Source of the DNA: Dehalococcoidia bacterium UBA5748
Lineage (GTDB): Bacteria > Chloroflexota > Dehalococcoidia > Dehalococcoidales > UBA5627
Reading direction: 5' to 3'
Assembly: GCA_002419135.1 (NCBI GenBank)
Contig: DIFM01000027.1
Span: 1-55,446, forward strand
DNA length: 55,446 nucleotides
Part shown: one piece after another, positions 18,660 to 28,140 of the stretch
How the letters are laid out: each line of letters opens with the position of its first letter
Position numbering within the stretch: the first letter of the stretch is position 1
Position numbers and translations under genes: made by a program
The notes under the pieces: generated by a model
The model's input: the letters and a program-made list of their open reading frames with translations, nothing else
What the model was told of the DNA's origin: nothing
Databases searched by the model: none

Positions 18660-18800
18660 GGCCATAGGAAATTGTCATCCTGGAGGGAGTGCAACGACCG
18701 AAGGATCCGGGGGGAAGGGTATTTTTTCACCCCACCCAAGATGCTTCATCCCGATTTATCGGGATTCCGGCATGACAATTCCATATTTGCCATCCTGAAA
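18660..18800. repeat. REP/MITE-like palindromic repeat copy
   Basis: CCCGATTTATCGGGA at 18750-18764 is identical to 1336-1350. Flanking segments are of the same kind as in the 1.0-1.5 kb cluster. Confidence 0.6.
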
Positions 18801-18905
18801 TCACAAAGGGAGATTGAGAGGGATTTGCAATACACCCTATATTGCCGCCAATGACTTTTAACAATGACACGTCAGTGATTTTGCTATAATTATTAAGTTA
18901 ACGAT

Positions 18906-21230
18906 ATGAAAAACATGCTTTCAGATACGAATAATACAGCCAGGATGCATCTTGAAGTAAAAGGAGTGGTTCAAGGCGTCGGTTTCCGTCCTTTTATCTA
19001 TCGCCTGGCTTATAAATATAATCTTGCCGGATGGGTACAGAACACCTCCGGTAATGTGGCTATTGAAGTACAGGGGATAAAAGCAAACCTTGATGAGTTT
19101 ATAGCTTCACTTAAAACCGAAGCGCCTCCCGTATCCCGCATACAGGAAATCAGCATATCGACTGTTCCGGTTAACGACGAGGTTGAATTCAGAATAATTG
19201 AAAGTAAAGCCCGCCAAGGCGCATACCAACCGCTTTCAGCGGATATCGCTACCTGTTCTCAATGTCTTGCCGAAATCTTCGACCACACCGACAGAAGGTA
19301 TCTCTACCCGTTTACCAACTGCACCAATTGCGGACCCAGATTCACTATTATCAAAGATATCCCCTATGACCGCCCGCTTACTACTATGCATCCTTTTAAA
19401 ATGTGCCAAAAATGCCGGGCGGAGTATAACGACCCTTTAGACCGCCGTTTCCATGCCCAACCCAATGCCTGCCCTGTTTGCGGGCCAAAATTGCAGCTTA
19501 CAGATAACAGCGGAACCGCTATCTTTTACGAAGATGTTTTAAGGAAAGCAGCGCAATTGATAGCCGAAGGTAAAATTATTGCTGTTAAAGGTCTGGGGGG
19601 CTTCCAGCTTGCCTGCGATGCCACCGACTATGACACTGTTAAAACGCTGCGCGAAAGAAAGAAACGCCCCGGCAAACCCTTTGCGCTGATGATGCCTTCT
19701 ATTGAGGAAATAAGACAACATTGCATAGTATCGGACAAAGAAGCTGCCCTTTTATCTTCCGCACAGGCTCCGATTGTCCTTCTAAAAAGACGTAATGACG
19801 ATGCGGAGATAGCCTTAAATATCGCCGAGAATAATAAATACCTGGGAGTGATGTTGCCCCCCACCCCACTACACCACATACTGATGAGCTATATTTCCAA
19901 GCCTCTTGTTATGACCAGCGGAAACCTGAGTGAAGAACCTATTTGCAGAGATAACGATGAAGCACTGACAAGGCTTAAAAATATTGCAGACTTTTTTATT
20001 CTGCACGATAGGGATATTCATTCCCGCTACGACGACAGCGTCTACCTGGTGGAAAAAGAGGAAGCACGCGCCGTAAGGCGCGCTCGCGGATATGCCCCCT
20101 CTCCCATTATGTTACCTTTCGATGCAAAGCAGATACTTGCCTGCGGAGCGGAGGAAAAAAACACATTTTGCCTTACCCGAGATAAATATGCTTTTTTAAG
20201 CCAGCACATCGGCGATATGGACAATGCCGAAACGCTGGAACACTTCGAAAACACCATTGCATTGTATAAACACCTTTTCAGAATAGAACCCGAAGTAATT
20301 GCGTATGACCTGCATCCCGAATATCGTGCCACCAAATATGCCTTACAATACGCTGCCGAAAATAGCCTGAAGGCAGTCGGTGTGCAACATCATCATGCAC
20401 ATATTGCCAGCTGTATGGTCGAAAATAATATCCAAACACCGGTTATCGGAGTGTCTTTCGACGGCACCGGTTACGGGACGGATGGCAACCTGTGGGGCGG
20501 AGAGTTCCTGCTTTGCGATTTTAAGGGATTTGAAAGAATGGCGCACTTCGAATATATACCGATGGCGGGAGGAACGGCTGCCATTCATAAGCCCTACCGA
20601 ATGGCTCTGGGTTATATCTATAAACTGCTGGGAACTCAGACCGATTTGACCGGCTTGCCGGTACTTGGTCAGATTCCACAGTTTGAGCTTGATGCTATAA
20701 AAAAACAACTGGAGTTAAAACTGAACTGCCCGCTGACATCCAGCGCAGGACGGCTTTTCGATGCTGTTTCCGCCATCATCGGAATCTGTGGTGAAACCGC
20801 ATACGAAGCGCAGGCAGCCATTGAACTGGAAATGGCGGCTCCGGATGATACCAACGATACTCTGATGCAAAGAGTTTATCCATTTGCAATTGATGGCAAT
20901 AGCGACACTTCTGTAATAAGAACGGGAAATCTGATAGAATGTATAATTCAAGATGTTTTCAAAAATACACCGGTTCAGATTATCGCCGCCAAATTTCACA
21001 AGACGATGGCTGAGATAATTATTGAAACCTGTAAGTTGATTGGGAAAAAGACCGGCATAAAAACGGTAGCTTTAAGCGGCGGGGTTTTTCAAAACCGGCT
21101 GCTTTTAAACATAGCAATCGACAGACTAGAAAAAGAAGGCTTTGCCGTTCTCAGCCACAGGAACGTTCCCTGTAACGACGGAGGGCTTGCGCTGGGACAG
21201 GCGGTAATAGCCCAATACAGTAATAGATAA
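18906..21230 (+). CDS. hypF: [NiFe] hydrogenase maturation carbamoyltransferase HypF
   Basis: Acylphosphatase-like N-terminus (VKGVVQGVGFRPFIYRLA), two zinc-finger pairs (CSQCLAEI..CTNCGPRF and CQKCRAEY..CPVCGP), and YrdC plus Kae1-like domains. 774 aa. Confidence 0.93.
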   Translation: MKNMLSDTNNTARMHLEVKGVVQGVGFRPFIYRLAYKYNLAGWVQNTSGNVAIEVQGIKANLDEFIASLKTEAPPVSRIQEISISTVPVNDEVEFRIIESKARQGAYQPLSADIATCSQCLAEIFDHTDRRYLYPFTNCTNCGPRFTIIKDIPYDRPLTTMHPFKMCQKCRAEYNDPLDRRFHAQPNACPVCGPKLQLTDNSGTAIFYEDVLRKAAQLIAEGKIIAVKGLGGFQLACDATDYDTVKTLRERKKRPGKPFALMMPSIEEIRQHCIVSDKEAALLSSAQAPIVLLKRRNDDAEIALNIAENNKYLGVMLPPTPLHHILMSYISKPLVMTSGNLSEEPICRDNDEALTRLKNIADFFILHDRDIHSRYDDSVYLVEKEEARAVRRARGYAPSPIMLPFDAKQILACGAEEKNTFCLTRDKYAFLSQHIGDMDNAETLEHFENTIALYKHLFRIEPEVIAYDLHPEYRATKYALQYAAENSLKAVGVQHHHAHIASCMVENNIQTPVIGVSFDGTGYGTDGNLWGGEFLLCDFKGFERMAHFEYIPMAGGTAAIHKPYRMALGYIYKLLGTQTDLTGLPVLGQIPQFELDAIKKQLELKLNCPLTSSAGRLFDAVSAIIGICGETAYEAQAAIELEMAAPDDTNDTLMQRVYPFAIDGNSDTSVIRTGNLIECIIQDVFKNTPVQIIAAKFHKTMAEIIIETCKLIGKKTGIKTVALSGGVFQNRLLLNIAIDRLEKEGFAVLSHRNVPCNDGGLALGQAVIAQYSNR

Positions 21231-21242
21231 GGAGAAAATAAT

Positions 21243-21482
21243 ATGTGCGTTGCAGTTCCTTCGCTTATCACTGCAGTAGACGGCTTTGACGCCGAAGTAG
21301 ATATCGGCGGCATATCACGCAAGGCAAGCCTGATGCTGACACCGGAGGCTAAAATCGGTGATTACGTTTTAATCCACGCCGGATACGCCATTTCCATAGT
21401 GGATAGAGAGGAAGCCGAAGCCACCCTGGAACTTTTCAGGGAAATGGCCGACAGCATTGAGCCTGAGGAGTTGAATTCCTGA
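21243..21482 (+). CDS. hypC: Hydrogenase assembly chaperone HypC/HupF
   Basis: MCVAVPS N-terminus with the essential Cys2. 79 aa. Confidence 0.88.
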   Translation: MCVAVPSLITAVDGFDAEVDIGGISRKASLMLTPEAKIGDYVLIHAGYAISIVDREEAEATLELFREMADSIEPEELNS

Positions 21483-22576
21483 TGTCAGAACTGACTTCTT
21501 TCAGGCAATCCGATATGGCAAAAGGGCTGGTGGACAGCATCAAACACCACGCTATAAAAGAGGCGCGCTATATGGAGTTCTGCGGCAGCCATACAGTCGC
21601 TATTATGAGAAACGGTCTGCGGCAGATTCTTCCACCTATGTTGACTTTGGTTTCGGGGCCGGGCTGCCCGGTATGCGTTACCAGCAATTCGGAACTGGAT
21701 AAAGCCATTGCGCTGGCAAAAGTGCCCGGCGTTATCGTCACTTCTTTCGGGGATATGATACGCGTACCCGGCAGTAACTCCAATCTTCAGGAAGCTAAAG
21801 CTAACGGCAGCGATGTACGTATTGTTTATTCACCGCTGGATGCCCTGGAGCTTGCGAAGACAAATCCTGATAAAGCAGTGGTCTTTATAGCGGTGGGTTT
21901 CGAAACCACCGCCCCTACCGTTGCCGCCTCTGTTTTACAGGCAAAACAGGAGGGTTTGAAAAACTATTATATTCTTTCTTTGCACAAAATATGCCCGCCG
22001 GTCATTAAAGCGCTGCTGGATTCTGGAGAGGTAAACCTGCAGGGACTGATATGCCCCGGGCATGTCAGCGCCGTTATCGGCGCCAAGGCATGGGATTTTA
22101 TAGCAGCTGACTACGGTATTCCCTGCGTAGTTGCCGGTTTCGAACCGCTTGATATTTTGCAATGCATCGATATGCTGGCACAGCAAACCGCAAAAGGTGA
22201 AGCAAAGGTGGAGATAGCTTATAAACGCAGTGTAACCTATGATGGCAATATAACTGCCCAGAAGATACTGGAACAGGTTTTCCAGCCCTGTACAGCCAAC
22301 TGGCGCGGTATGGGAGATGTTGCACACAGCGGTTTGAAGTTAAGGACCGAATTTGCCGCTTTCGACGCCGAATTGAAATTCGATTTCGACCCCGGTCCCA
22401 CCAAAATCCAGAGGGGTTGCATTTGCGGAGAGGTACTTCGGGGAGTGAAAACGCCGCCCGATTGCAAATTATTCAGAAAAGTCTGCACTCCGATAAATCC
22501 CATCGGCCCCTGCATGGTTTCATCTGAAGGCAGTTGCGCCGCCTATTATCATTATGGAGAAAGCAATGACCGATAG
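21482..22576 (+). CDS. hypD: Hydrogenase maturation factor HypD
   Basis: GPGCPVCV motif and a C-terminal Cys cluster. 364 aa. Confidence 0.92.
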   Translation: MSELTSFRQSDMAKGLVDSIKHHAIKEARYMEFCGSHTVAIMRNGLRQILPPMLTLVSGPGCPVCVTSNSELDKAIALAKVPGVIVTSFGDMIRVPGSNSNLQEAKANGSDVRIVYSPLDALELAKTNPDKAVVFIAVGFETTAPTVAASVLQAKQEGLKNYYILSLHKICPPVIKALLDSGEVNLQGLICPGHVSAVIGAKAWDFIAADYGIPCVVAGFEPLDILQCIDMLAQQTAKGEAKVEIAYKRSVTYDGNITAQKILEQVFQPCTANWRGMGDVAHSGLKLRTEFAAFDAELKFDFDPGPTKIQRGCICGEVLRGVKTPPDCKLFRKVCTPINPIGPCMVSSEGSCAAYYHYGESNDR

Positions 22577-23570
22577 AATATTACTGGCTCACGGGAGCGG
22601 GGGAAGTTTATCACACGATATAGTAAATGACAGTATACTTTCGATGCTGGGGAACCCGATTTTGAACAGGCTGGACGATTCGGCGGTTTTCGAGGCTAAA
22701 GGAAGAATTGCCTTTACCACCGACAGCCACGTAGTACAGCCGATGTTCTTCCCGGGAGGCGATATCGGCAGGTTATCGGTCTGCGGCACGGTTAACGACC
22801 TGGCGGTTATGGGAGCCACTCCTCTCTATCTCAGTCTGGCTCTTATTATAGAGGAGGGACTGCCGAAGGAAGACCTAAAAAATGTCGTAAATTCGATTAA
22901 GGAAGCGGCAGACGAAGCCGGCGTAAAAATAGTTACCGGCGATACCAAAGTGGTTAACCGCGGCAATGCCGACAAGCTGTTTATCAACACCGCAGGCATC
23001 GGAGTTATAGCCGATGGAGTGAATATTTCGGGGCATAATGCCAAACCGGGCAACAAGATTATCTTAAGCGGCACTATCGGAGACCATGGGATTGCTGTTT
23101 TAAGTAAAAGAGAAGGCATCGGGTTCGAGACAAAGCTGGAGAGCGACAGCGCTCCTTTAAATAAAATGATAGCCGAGATGATGCAGGTAAGTAATAAAAT
23201 AAATTGCATGAGAGACCCCACCCGCGGGGGGCTTTCCAGTACCTTAAACGAAATTGCAGAACAATCGGGGGTCAGTATCAGAATAGAGGAAGAAAAGATT
23301 CCTATAAGACGCGAGATAGCCGCCGCCTGCGAAATGCTGGGGCTCGACCCGCTTTATATCGCCAACGAGGGAAAGGTAGTGGCTGTTGTGGAAGCGGAGG
23401 ACGCCGACAGGATTCTGGCGCAGATGAAGAAAAATAAATACGGACAGAACGCCGTCATTATCGGCGAGGTAACCGAAAAACATACAGCTAAAGTAACCTT
23501 AACGACTGCACTGGGAACCTCGCGGATTGTGGATATGCTGGTCGGAGAACCGCTGCCGAGGATTTGTTAA
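22566..23570 (+). CDS. hypE: Hydrogenase maturation factor HypE
   Basis: LAHGSGG near the N-terminus and the terminal PRIC motif. The ATG at 22566, which follows GGAGA, is preferred over 22554. Confidence 0.9.
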   Translation: MTDRILLAHGSGGSLSHDIVNDSILSMLGNPILNRLDDSAVFEAKGRIAFTTDSHVVQPMFFPGGDIGRLSVCGTVNDLAVMGATPLYLSLALIIEEGLPKEDLKNVVNSIKEAADEAGVKIVTGDTKVVNRGNADKLFINTAGIGVIADGVNISGHNAKPGNKIILSGTIGDHGIAVLSKREGIGFETKLESDSAPLNKMIAEMMQVSNKINCMRDPTRGGLSSTLNEIAEQSGVSIRIEEEKIPIRREIAAACEMLGLDPLYIANEGKVVAVVEAEDADRILAQMKKNKYGQNAVIIGEVTEKHTAKVTLTTALGTSRIVDMLVGEPLPRIC

Positions 23571-23572
23571 TC

Positions 23573-23914
23573 ATGCATGAACTGGAAATTACACGCAGCC
23601 TGGTAAAACTGGCTCTTGACGAAGCTGAAAAAGCCAATGCTAAAAAGTTGACATCCGTAACCGTTGTACTGGGTGAAATGTGCGGGGCGGTTGATGATTC
23701 GGTTGCCTTTTATTTCGAAATAATGACCAAAGGGACCATCGGTGAAGGGGCAAAGATAATTTTCCGCAAAGTGCCGATGCAGGCCAAGTGTCGTAATTGT
23801 GGAAGCACTGTAAACCCCAAGGATATATTCTGGGAATGCGAAAAATGCCATTCGATGGATATCGAGATGATATCCGGCAAGGAATTATATATAGAAAGCA
23901 TAGAGGTGGATTAA
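23573..23914 (+). CDS. hypA: Hydrogenase nickel-insertion protein HypA
   Basis: MHELEITRS N-terminus and a zinc site (CRNCG...CEKCH). Confidence 0.88.
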   Translation: MHELEITRSLVKLALDEAEKANAKKLTSVTVVLGEMCGAVDDSVAFYFEIMTKGTIGEGAKIIFRKVPMQAKCRNCGSTVNPKDIFWECEKCHSMDIEMISGKELYIESIEVD

Positions 23915-24571
23915 ATGGAAATTAAAGTACTTAAAAATATACTGGATGCCAACGACCAGATGGCCATACAGAACCGTAAACTGCTGGCGTCCAAAAAAAT
24001 AATGATGATTAATGTCTGGGCATCGCCCGGCGCCGGAAAAACGACCACTATGCTGAGGACTGCGGAAACTCTTAAGGGAAAAGCGCGTATGGCGGTTATC
24101 GAAGGTGATGTGGCTTCCAGCATCGATACCGTGAAGCTGACTCAGTCCGGTGTTACCGCAATACAGATAAACACCGACGGTGGTTGCCACCTCGATGCCG
24201 GCATGATTAATTTAGCCCTGCAAAATCTGCCTCTGGACGAACTGGATATTATCTTTATCGAAAATGTCGGCAATCTGATCTGCCCGGGCGAATTCGACCT
24301 CGGTGAATATAAGAGGATTATCATTTCCAGCACACCCGAGGGAGAGGATAAACCTCATAAGTATCCGCTGATGTTCACCATCGCCGATGCCTGTATCGTA
24401 AACAAAATTGACCTTATGCCTTATGTAAACTTCGATATCAACAGTTTTATGCGCACGGTTAGCGGAATGAACGGAAAAATCGAAATATTTAAAATCAGCA
24501 GCATCAACGGCGACGGGGTTGATAAATGGGCGGACTGGGTATTAAAGCAACTGGATTCGTATAGACAATAG
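23915..24571 (+). CDS. hypB: Hydrogenase nickel-incorporation GTPase HypB
   Basis: P-loop SPGAGKTT, the ENVGNLICP motif and NKIDL. It starts immediately after the hypA stop. Confidence 0.9.
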   Translation: MEIKVLKNILDANDQMAIQNRKLLASKKIMMINVWASPGAGKTTTMLRTAETLKGKARMAVIEGDVASSIDTVKLTQSGVTAIQINTDGGCHLDAGMINLALQNLPLDELDIIFIENVGNLICPGEFDLGEYKRIIISSTPEGEDKPHKYPLMFTIADACIVNKIDLMPYVNFDINSFMRTVSGMNGKIEIFKISSINGDGVDKWADWVLKQLDSYRQ

Positions 24572-24595
24572 TTTTCAGCGAATACCGAACCACTT

Positions 24596-24631
24596 ATCCC
24601 CTTCCCGGTTCATGGAGAGGGGGATTTTTTT
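24596..24631 (+). terminator. Rho-independent terminator after hypB
   Basis: ATCCCC...GGGGAT stem followed by a T7 run. Confidence 0.6.
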
Positions 24632-24789
24632 ATTTACTGAATTCGTACTTACCAAACAGTGATTTTCTCTATTGTTAAAGGCAATAAATAACTATTGTCA
24701 GAAATATTACTTCAACCTTCCTCTACACTCCTGCGATAACAATTACATCCGTCTTGCTGGTATTTATTATGTCCGCATTTATTTATTAT

Positions 24790-25140
24790 TAAATTATTGA
24801 ATGTTCTGGGGGGGGGGGGGAGAAACGGCAAAGAATTGCCACAGCATTAGAAAGATGTTCTGTAATAGTCGCCCCCCCCCCAAATGCTTCGTTCGACCGC
24901 CACGAACTCAGCATGACAATAAAAATCAAAGCCGTTCGTGGTGAGCTTGTCGAACCATGACGACGACGATAAATAATTACACGTTTTGAAAATCTATTCG
25001 TTGACCCCTTTTCTGATACATCGACAAGCAAGGGCGAACGGTTTTTTAATGTCGTTGCGAGGATTCCCTCTATGAATGTCATTCTGAAGCCATAATGGAT
25101 GGCTGAAGAATCCGGGGGGCGGGGATAAAAATAACCCAGG
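24790..25140. repeat. Repeat-rich intergenic region with a G13 and C10 homopolymer pair
   Basis: G13 at 24808-24820 and C10 at 24872-24881. GACCGCCACGAACTCAGCATG at 24895-24915 is identical to 1293-1313. There is also an inverted GTTCGTGG / CCACGAAC pair and a GTCGTTGCGAGG segment like the one at 1324-1334. Confidence 0.7.
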
Positions 25141-25198
25141 GGATTAGTCCCGGGCTATCATAATTTACTGTTGCATCTGCTTTCCCTAAACGTGATTA

Positions 25199-26185
25199 CT
25201 AAGCGGCTTTTGCCTCTTCTTCGGCAATGCTTCCCACCGAAATGACATAAGAATTGACGGCTTCACCGGCCGGCACGTCGAACTTGAATTTGAACTGCTT
25301 GCTCGCCCCCGGTTCGATATCTCTTATATAAATTACCCTGGTGGCGATTTTTTCGTCCTTGACGTCCTTAAAAAGAGTAACTACGGCGGCATCCGCTTTA
25401 CCGTCACTGATATTTTTCAGCACGCCGGAAATCTCTACGTCGCCGTTGACCGGCTTCATATCATGACTTTTAAGCTGCACCTTCTCGAAATCGGTGGTAA
25501 TTGCCTTGCGAACAGAAACCTTGTACGTCCGGAATGCTTTCGCTTCGGGTTTTTCGGGTGTAATGTTGAAAGTGCAAATGCTTTGCGGCTTGAATTCGAG
25601 TTCCCTGTGGCAGACGGTATCTAAAAGAGTGCCTTCCCCGTCGTAGAAGTTGGCTTCCAGAACGGCGGTAGCTAACGTCTTCTCACAGATATTCTTGATT
25701 TCCATCTCAAGTGAGCGTTTGACGCCAGCACACTCATCGGCTTCGAGTATACGGTGGCTTAATACTTCAATTTTGCTGCTGCCTATGGCTTCAGGGTCGG
25801 GCGTAAGGACTGTTTTTACCACGCTTACGGTATAGCTTCTGATGTCAGCTTCCGGTTTGGAGTATGAAATGTTGAAGCTGCTTATGCCATCCTTATCAAA
25901 ATCCTTAAAACAGTCCTCGATAGTATCGACAATATTGCCGGCGGCATCATATAAAACGACGCTGAAAACCGCCTTGCCGATCGCCTTGCCGGCGTTATTT
26001 TTAAGGTTAAGCACCACTCCGCTGCCTTTTGCCTCATCCCCTTCTTTTATGAGCAGATTATGGCTGATAATTTCAAGGTGCCGGTTACCGGAAACTGTGG
26101 GTTCGGGCGGAGCACAAGGCTGAACAGCTTCGTCAGCCGTTTCTCCGGTTGAAACTTCTTCTTTTATTTCTTCGTTCTCAGACAA
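25199..26185 (-). CDS. Repeat protein with three FxLYD-like beta-sandwich modules (paralogue A)
   Basis: 328 aa. There are three modules of roughly 95 aa, each starting (L/I/V)E(I/V)xSH and containing a VVLYDAAGN or ANFYDGEGT type motif. Acidic N-terminus, no signal peptide. TTG start 8 nt after GGGAGGA. Confidence 0.7.
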   Translation of the reverse strand: MSENEEIKEEVSTGETADEAVQPCAPPEPTVSGNRHLEIISHNLLIKEGDEAKGSGVVLNLKNNAGKAIGKAVFSVVLYDAAGNIVDTIEDCFKDFDKDGISSFNISYSKPEADIRSYTVSVVKTVLTPDPEAIGSSKIEVLSHRILEADECAGVKRSLEMEIKNICEKTLATAVLEANFYDGEGTLLDTVCHRELEFKPQSICTFNITPEKPEAKAFRTYKVSVRKAITTDFEKVQLKSHDMKPVNGDVEISGVLKNISDGKADAAVVTLFKDVKDEKIATRVIYIRDIEPGASKQFKFKFDVPAGEAVNSYVISVGSIAEEEAKAA

Positions 26186-26264
26186 TCCAGTATCCTCCCG
26201 TGTATATTTTAATCTATTCGGAACAGGTTATCTTATAATACCCGTTTTCGAATTATTGTTTATT

Positions 26265-27347
26265 TTAAGCTGCGGGGACTGCCTCGGCTTCTGTCAGTTC
26301 ACCTATATCGATATCGCGTTTTTTAACCGTCAGTCCCTCGGGGCATGTGAAATCCAGCGCAAATATTTGTACGGTACCGGGAGCGATATCTCTCAACTCC
26401 AGGGTTCGTACGCCGATGGGTTCTTCGTTGGCATCCAGATATGTTACCACTACTACGGCGTCGGATTTGACGCTGCTGACGTTCTTTACCAGTCCGCTCA
26501 CTTCTTCGCGCCCTTCCGGCAGCCTCTTGACTTCATTGCGGCGCAGCTGTACTTTTTCCAGCTCGGCGGTTACCGTTTTAATCAGCTTGATGTTATAGCT
26601 CCTGATGATGTCATCTTTGACGCTCGTGGTCTGAATTAAAAAGGCGCGGCTGGTATTGCGCTGGATATCGGTTTCAATGTGTTTTAATGTGGATATGTAA
26701 TTGCCCGCGGCGTCGAACAGGTCGATGGCAAATATGGCGGAGGCGATACTTTCGCCGCATACATTTCTTACTGCGAGTTCTATGCCCCTTTTAATGGTCG
26801 TAATGCCGACATCCGGGGCTCCGGTACCCTGAAAACTGTGCCTTAAAATGACCAGCCTCTGGTCGCCTTCAGCTTCCGGGACCGGCGTGACAACCATTTC
26901 TTTTATATGTACATCGTAGCTTACTATATCGACTTTGTCAGCTTTAGCGGTCATAATTCTGAGGCTATAGGTCTTTTCAGCTTCAAAATCATTTATAGTG
27001 CGTTCGATTGTGTCGATGACATTACCTTTAACATCGAAAAGTATTGCCTCGAATACCAGCTTTCCGATGCTGGCTCCGGCATTATTTTTGAAAGTGAAGG
27101 ATACACCCTTGCCTATCCCATCCACGGACGCTTTTTTGAGTATAAGCGAATGAGACAGGATTTCGACTTTTTCATTGCCGCTGACAACGGGGTCGGGCGC
27201 CTTGCGCGCCATTTCGAACAGTTTTTCGGCAGAAGGCAAACCTTCCCCGCTGGTTTGGTCAAAATTTTTCAGCAGGGTATCAAGGTCTTCTTCGTTCTGC
27301 CGGGGTGGTGTGGGGTTAACTTCCTTAACATCTTCTTTTTCGGACAA
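26265..27347 (-). CDS. Repeat protein with three FxLYD-like modules (paralogue B)
   Basis: 360 aa with motifs AILFDVKGN, IDLFDAAGN and VTYLDANEE. Conserved N-terminal peptide EDLDTLLKNFDQTSGEGLPSAEKLFEMARKAP. TTG start after GGGAGGA. Confidence 0.7.
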   Translation of the reverse strand: MSEKEDVKEVNPTPPRQNEEDLDTLLKNFDQTSGEGLPSAEKLFEMARKAPDPVVSGNEKVEILSHSLILKKASVDGIGKGVSFTFKNNAGASIGKLVFEAILFDVKGNVIDTIERTINDFEAEKTYSLRIMTAKADKVDIVSYDVHIKEMVVTPVPEAEGDQRLVILRHSFQGTGAPDVGITTIKRGIELAVRNVCGESIASAIFAIDLFDAAGNYISTLKHIETDIQRNTSRAFLIQTTSVKDDIIRSYNIKLIKTVTAELEKVQLRRNEVKRLPEGREEVSGLVKNVSSVKSDAVVVVTYLDANEEPIGVRTLELRDIAPGTVQIFALDFTCPEGLTVKKRDIDIGELTEAEAVPAA

Positions 27348-27411
27348 CTCAATCCTCCCGATAGAATATTTTATAAATCAAATTGGATATTAACCAAATA
27401 TATTAATAATG

Positions 27412-28140
27412 CTAGGCCGTCATTTCAGCCGTTTCGCCGATGTCTATGGTATAGGTTTTTACCTTTTCTCCGGTCGGCGGGCGGAAAAGAAGGCTGAAAT
27501 TCTTTACCGAACCCGGCTCGATATCTTTTACAGGTAAGACCACAGTACCCGGTTTTTCTTTTTTGGTATCCAGAAAAGTAACCGCTATCGAGGCATCGGT
27601 TTTAATGCCGGATACATTTTTTATCATACCGGAAACGTTTACGTCCCCGTTTGGCAGGATTTTCCTTTCATCCCCCGTAGCTACAGCAACAGGAGTGACG
27701 GCTATGTTGGTGATTTTTACCTCATAGCTTTTAACATCAGCGTTTTCGGCAGAGGTGACTATGCGTAAAATACGAGTTTTATCGCATTGAAAATCGGTTA
27801 CCGTTTTTTCAACGGTGTCTATGACATATCCCTTGGCATCGAACATAAGGGTTTGCAGTGTAAGTTTGCCGATAGCGGCAGAGGCGATGTTTTTTATCTC
27901 CAGATAAACGCCCTTCCCCGGGCTTCCCTCACCGCTTTTAGGCAGGACTTTATGCGACACTATTTCAACCTGCTTGTTGCCGTTGGCTACCGGTTCCGGT
28001 GCTTTGCGTGCCATTTCAGCCAGTTTTTCGGCAGAAGGCAATCCCTCCCCGCTGGTTTCGTTAAAATTTTTCAGCAGGGCATCAAGGTCTTCAGTAATAT
28101 TTGCAGGCCGGATATCCTGAATATTATCTTTTTCAGTCAC
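27412..28140 (-). CDS. Repeat protein with two FxLYD-like modules (paralogue C)
   Basis: 242 aa with motifs TLMFDAKGY and VTFLDTKKE. It has the same N-terminal peptide (EDLDALLKNFNETSGEGLPSAEKLAEMARKAP) but lacks the middle module of A and B. GTG start after AAGGGGA. Confidence 0.7.
   Translation of the reverse strand: MTEKDNIQDIRPANITEDLDALLKNFNETSGEGLPSAEKLAEMARKAPEPVANGNKQVEIVSHKVLPKSGEGSPGKGVYLEIKNIASAAIGKLTLQTLMFDAKGYVIDTVEKTVTDFQCDKTRILRIVTSAENADVKSYEVKITNIAVTPVAVATGDERKILPNGDVNVSGMIKNVSGIKTDASIAVTFLDTKKEKPGTVVLPVKDIEPGSVKNFSLLFRPPTGEKVKTYTIDIGETAEMTA

Noticed and set aside
18672-18854. 60-aa ORF, together with the 97-aa ORF at 24789-25082
   Set aside because: Both are read-throughs of the dispersed palindromic repeats, giving stereotyped peptides such as PDLSGF and GSTSSPRT. 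They are not genes.
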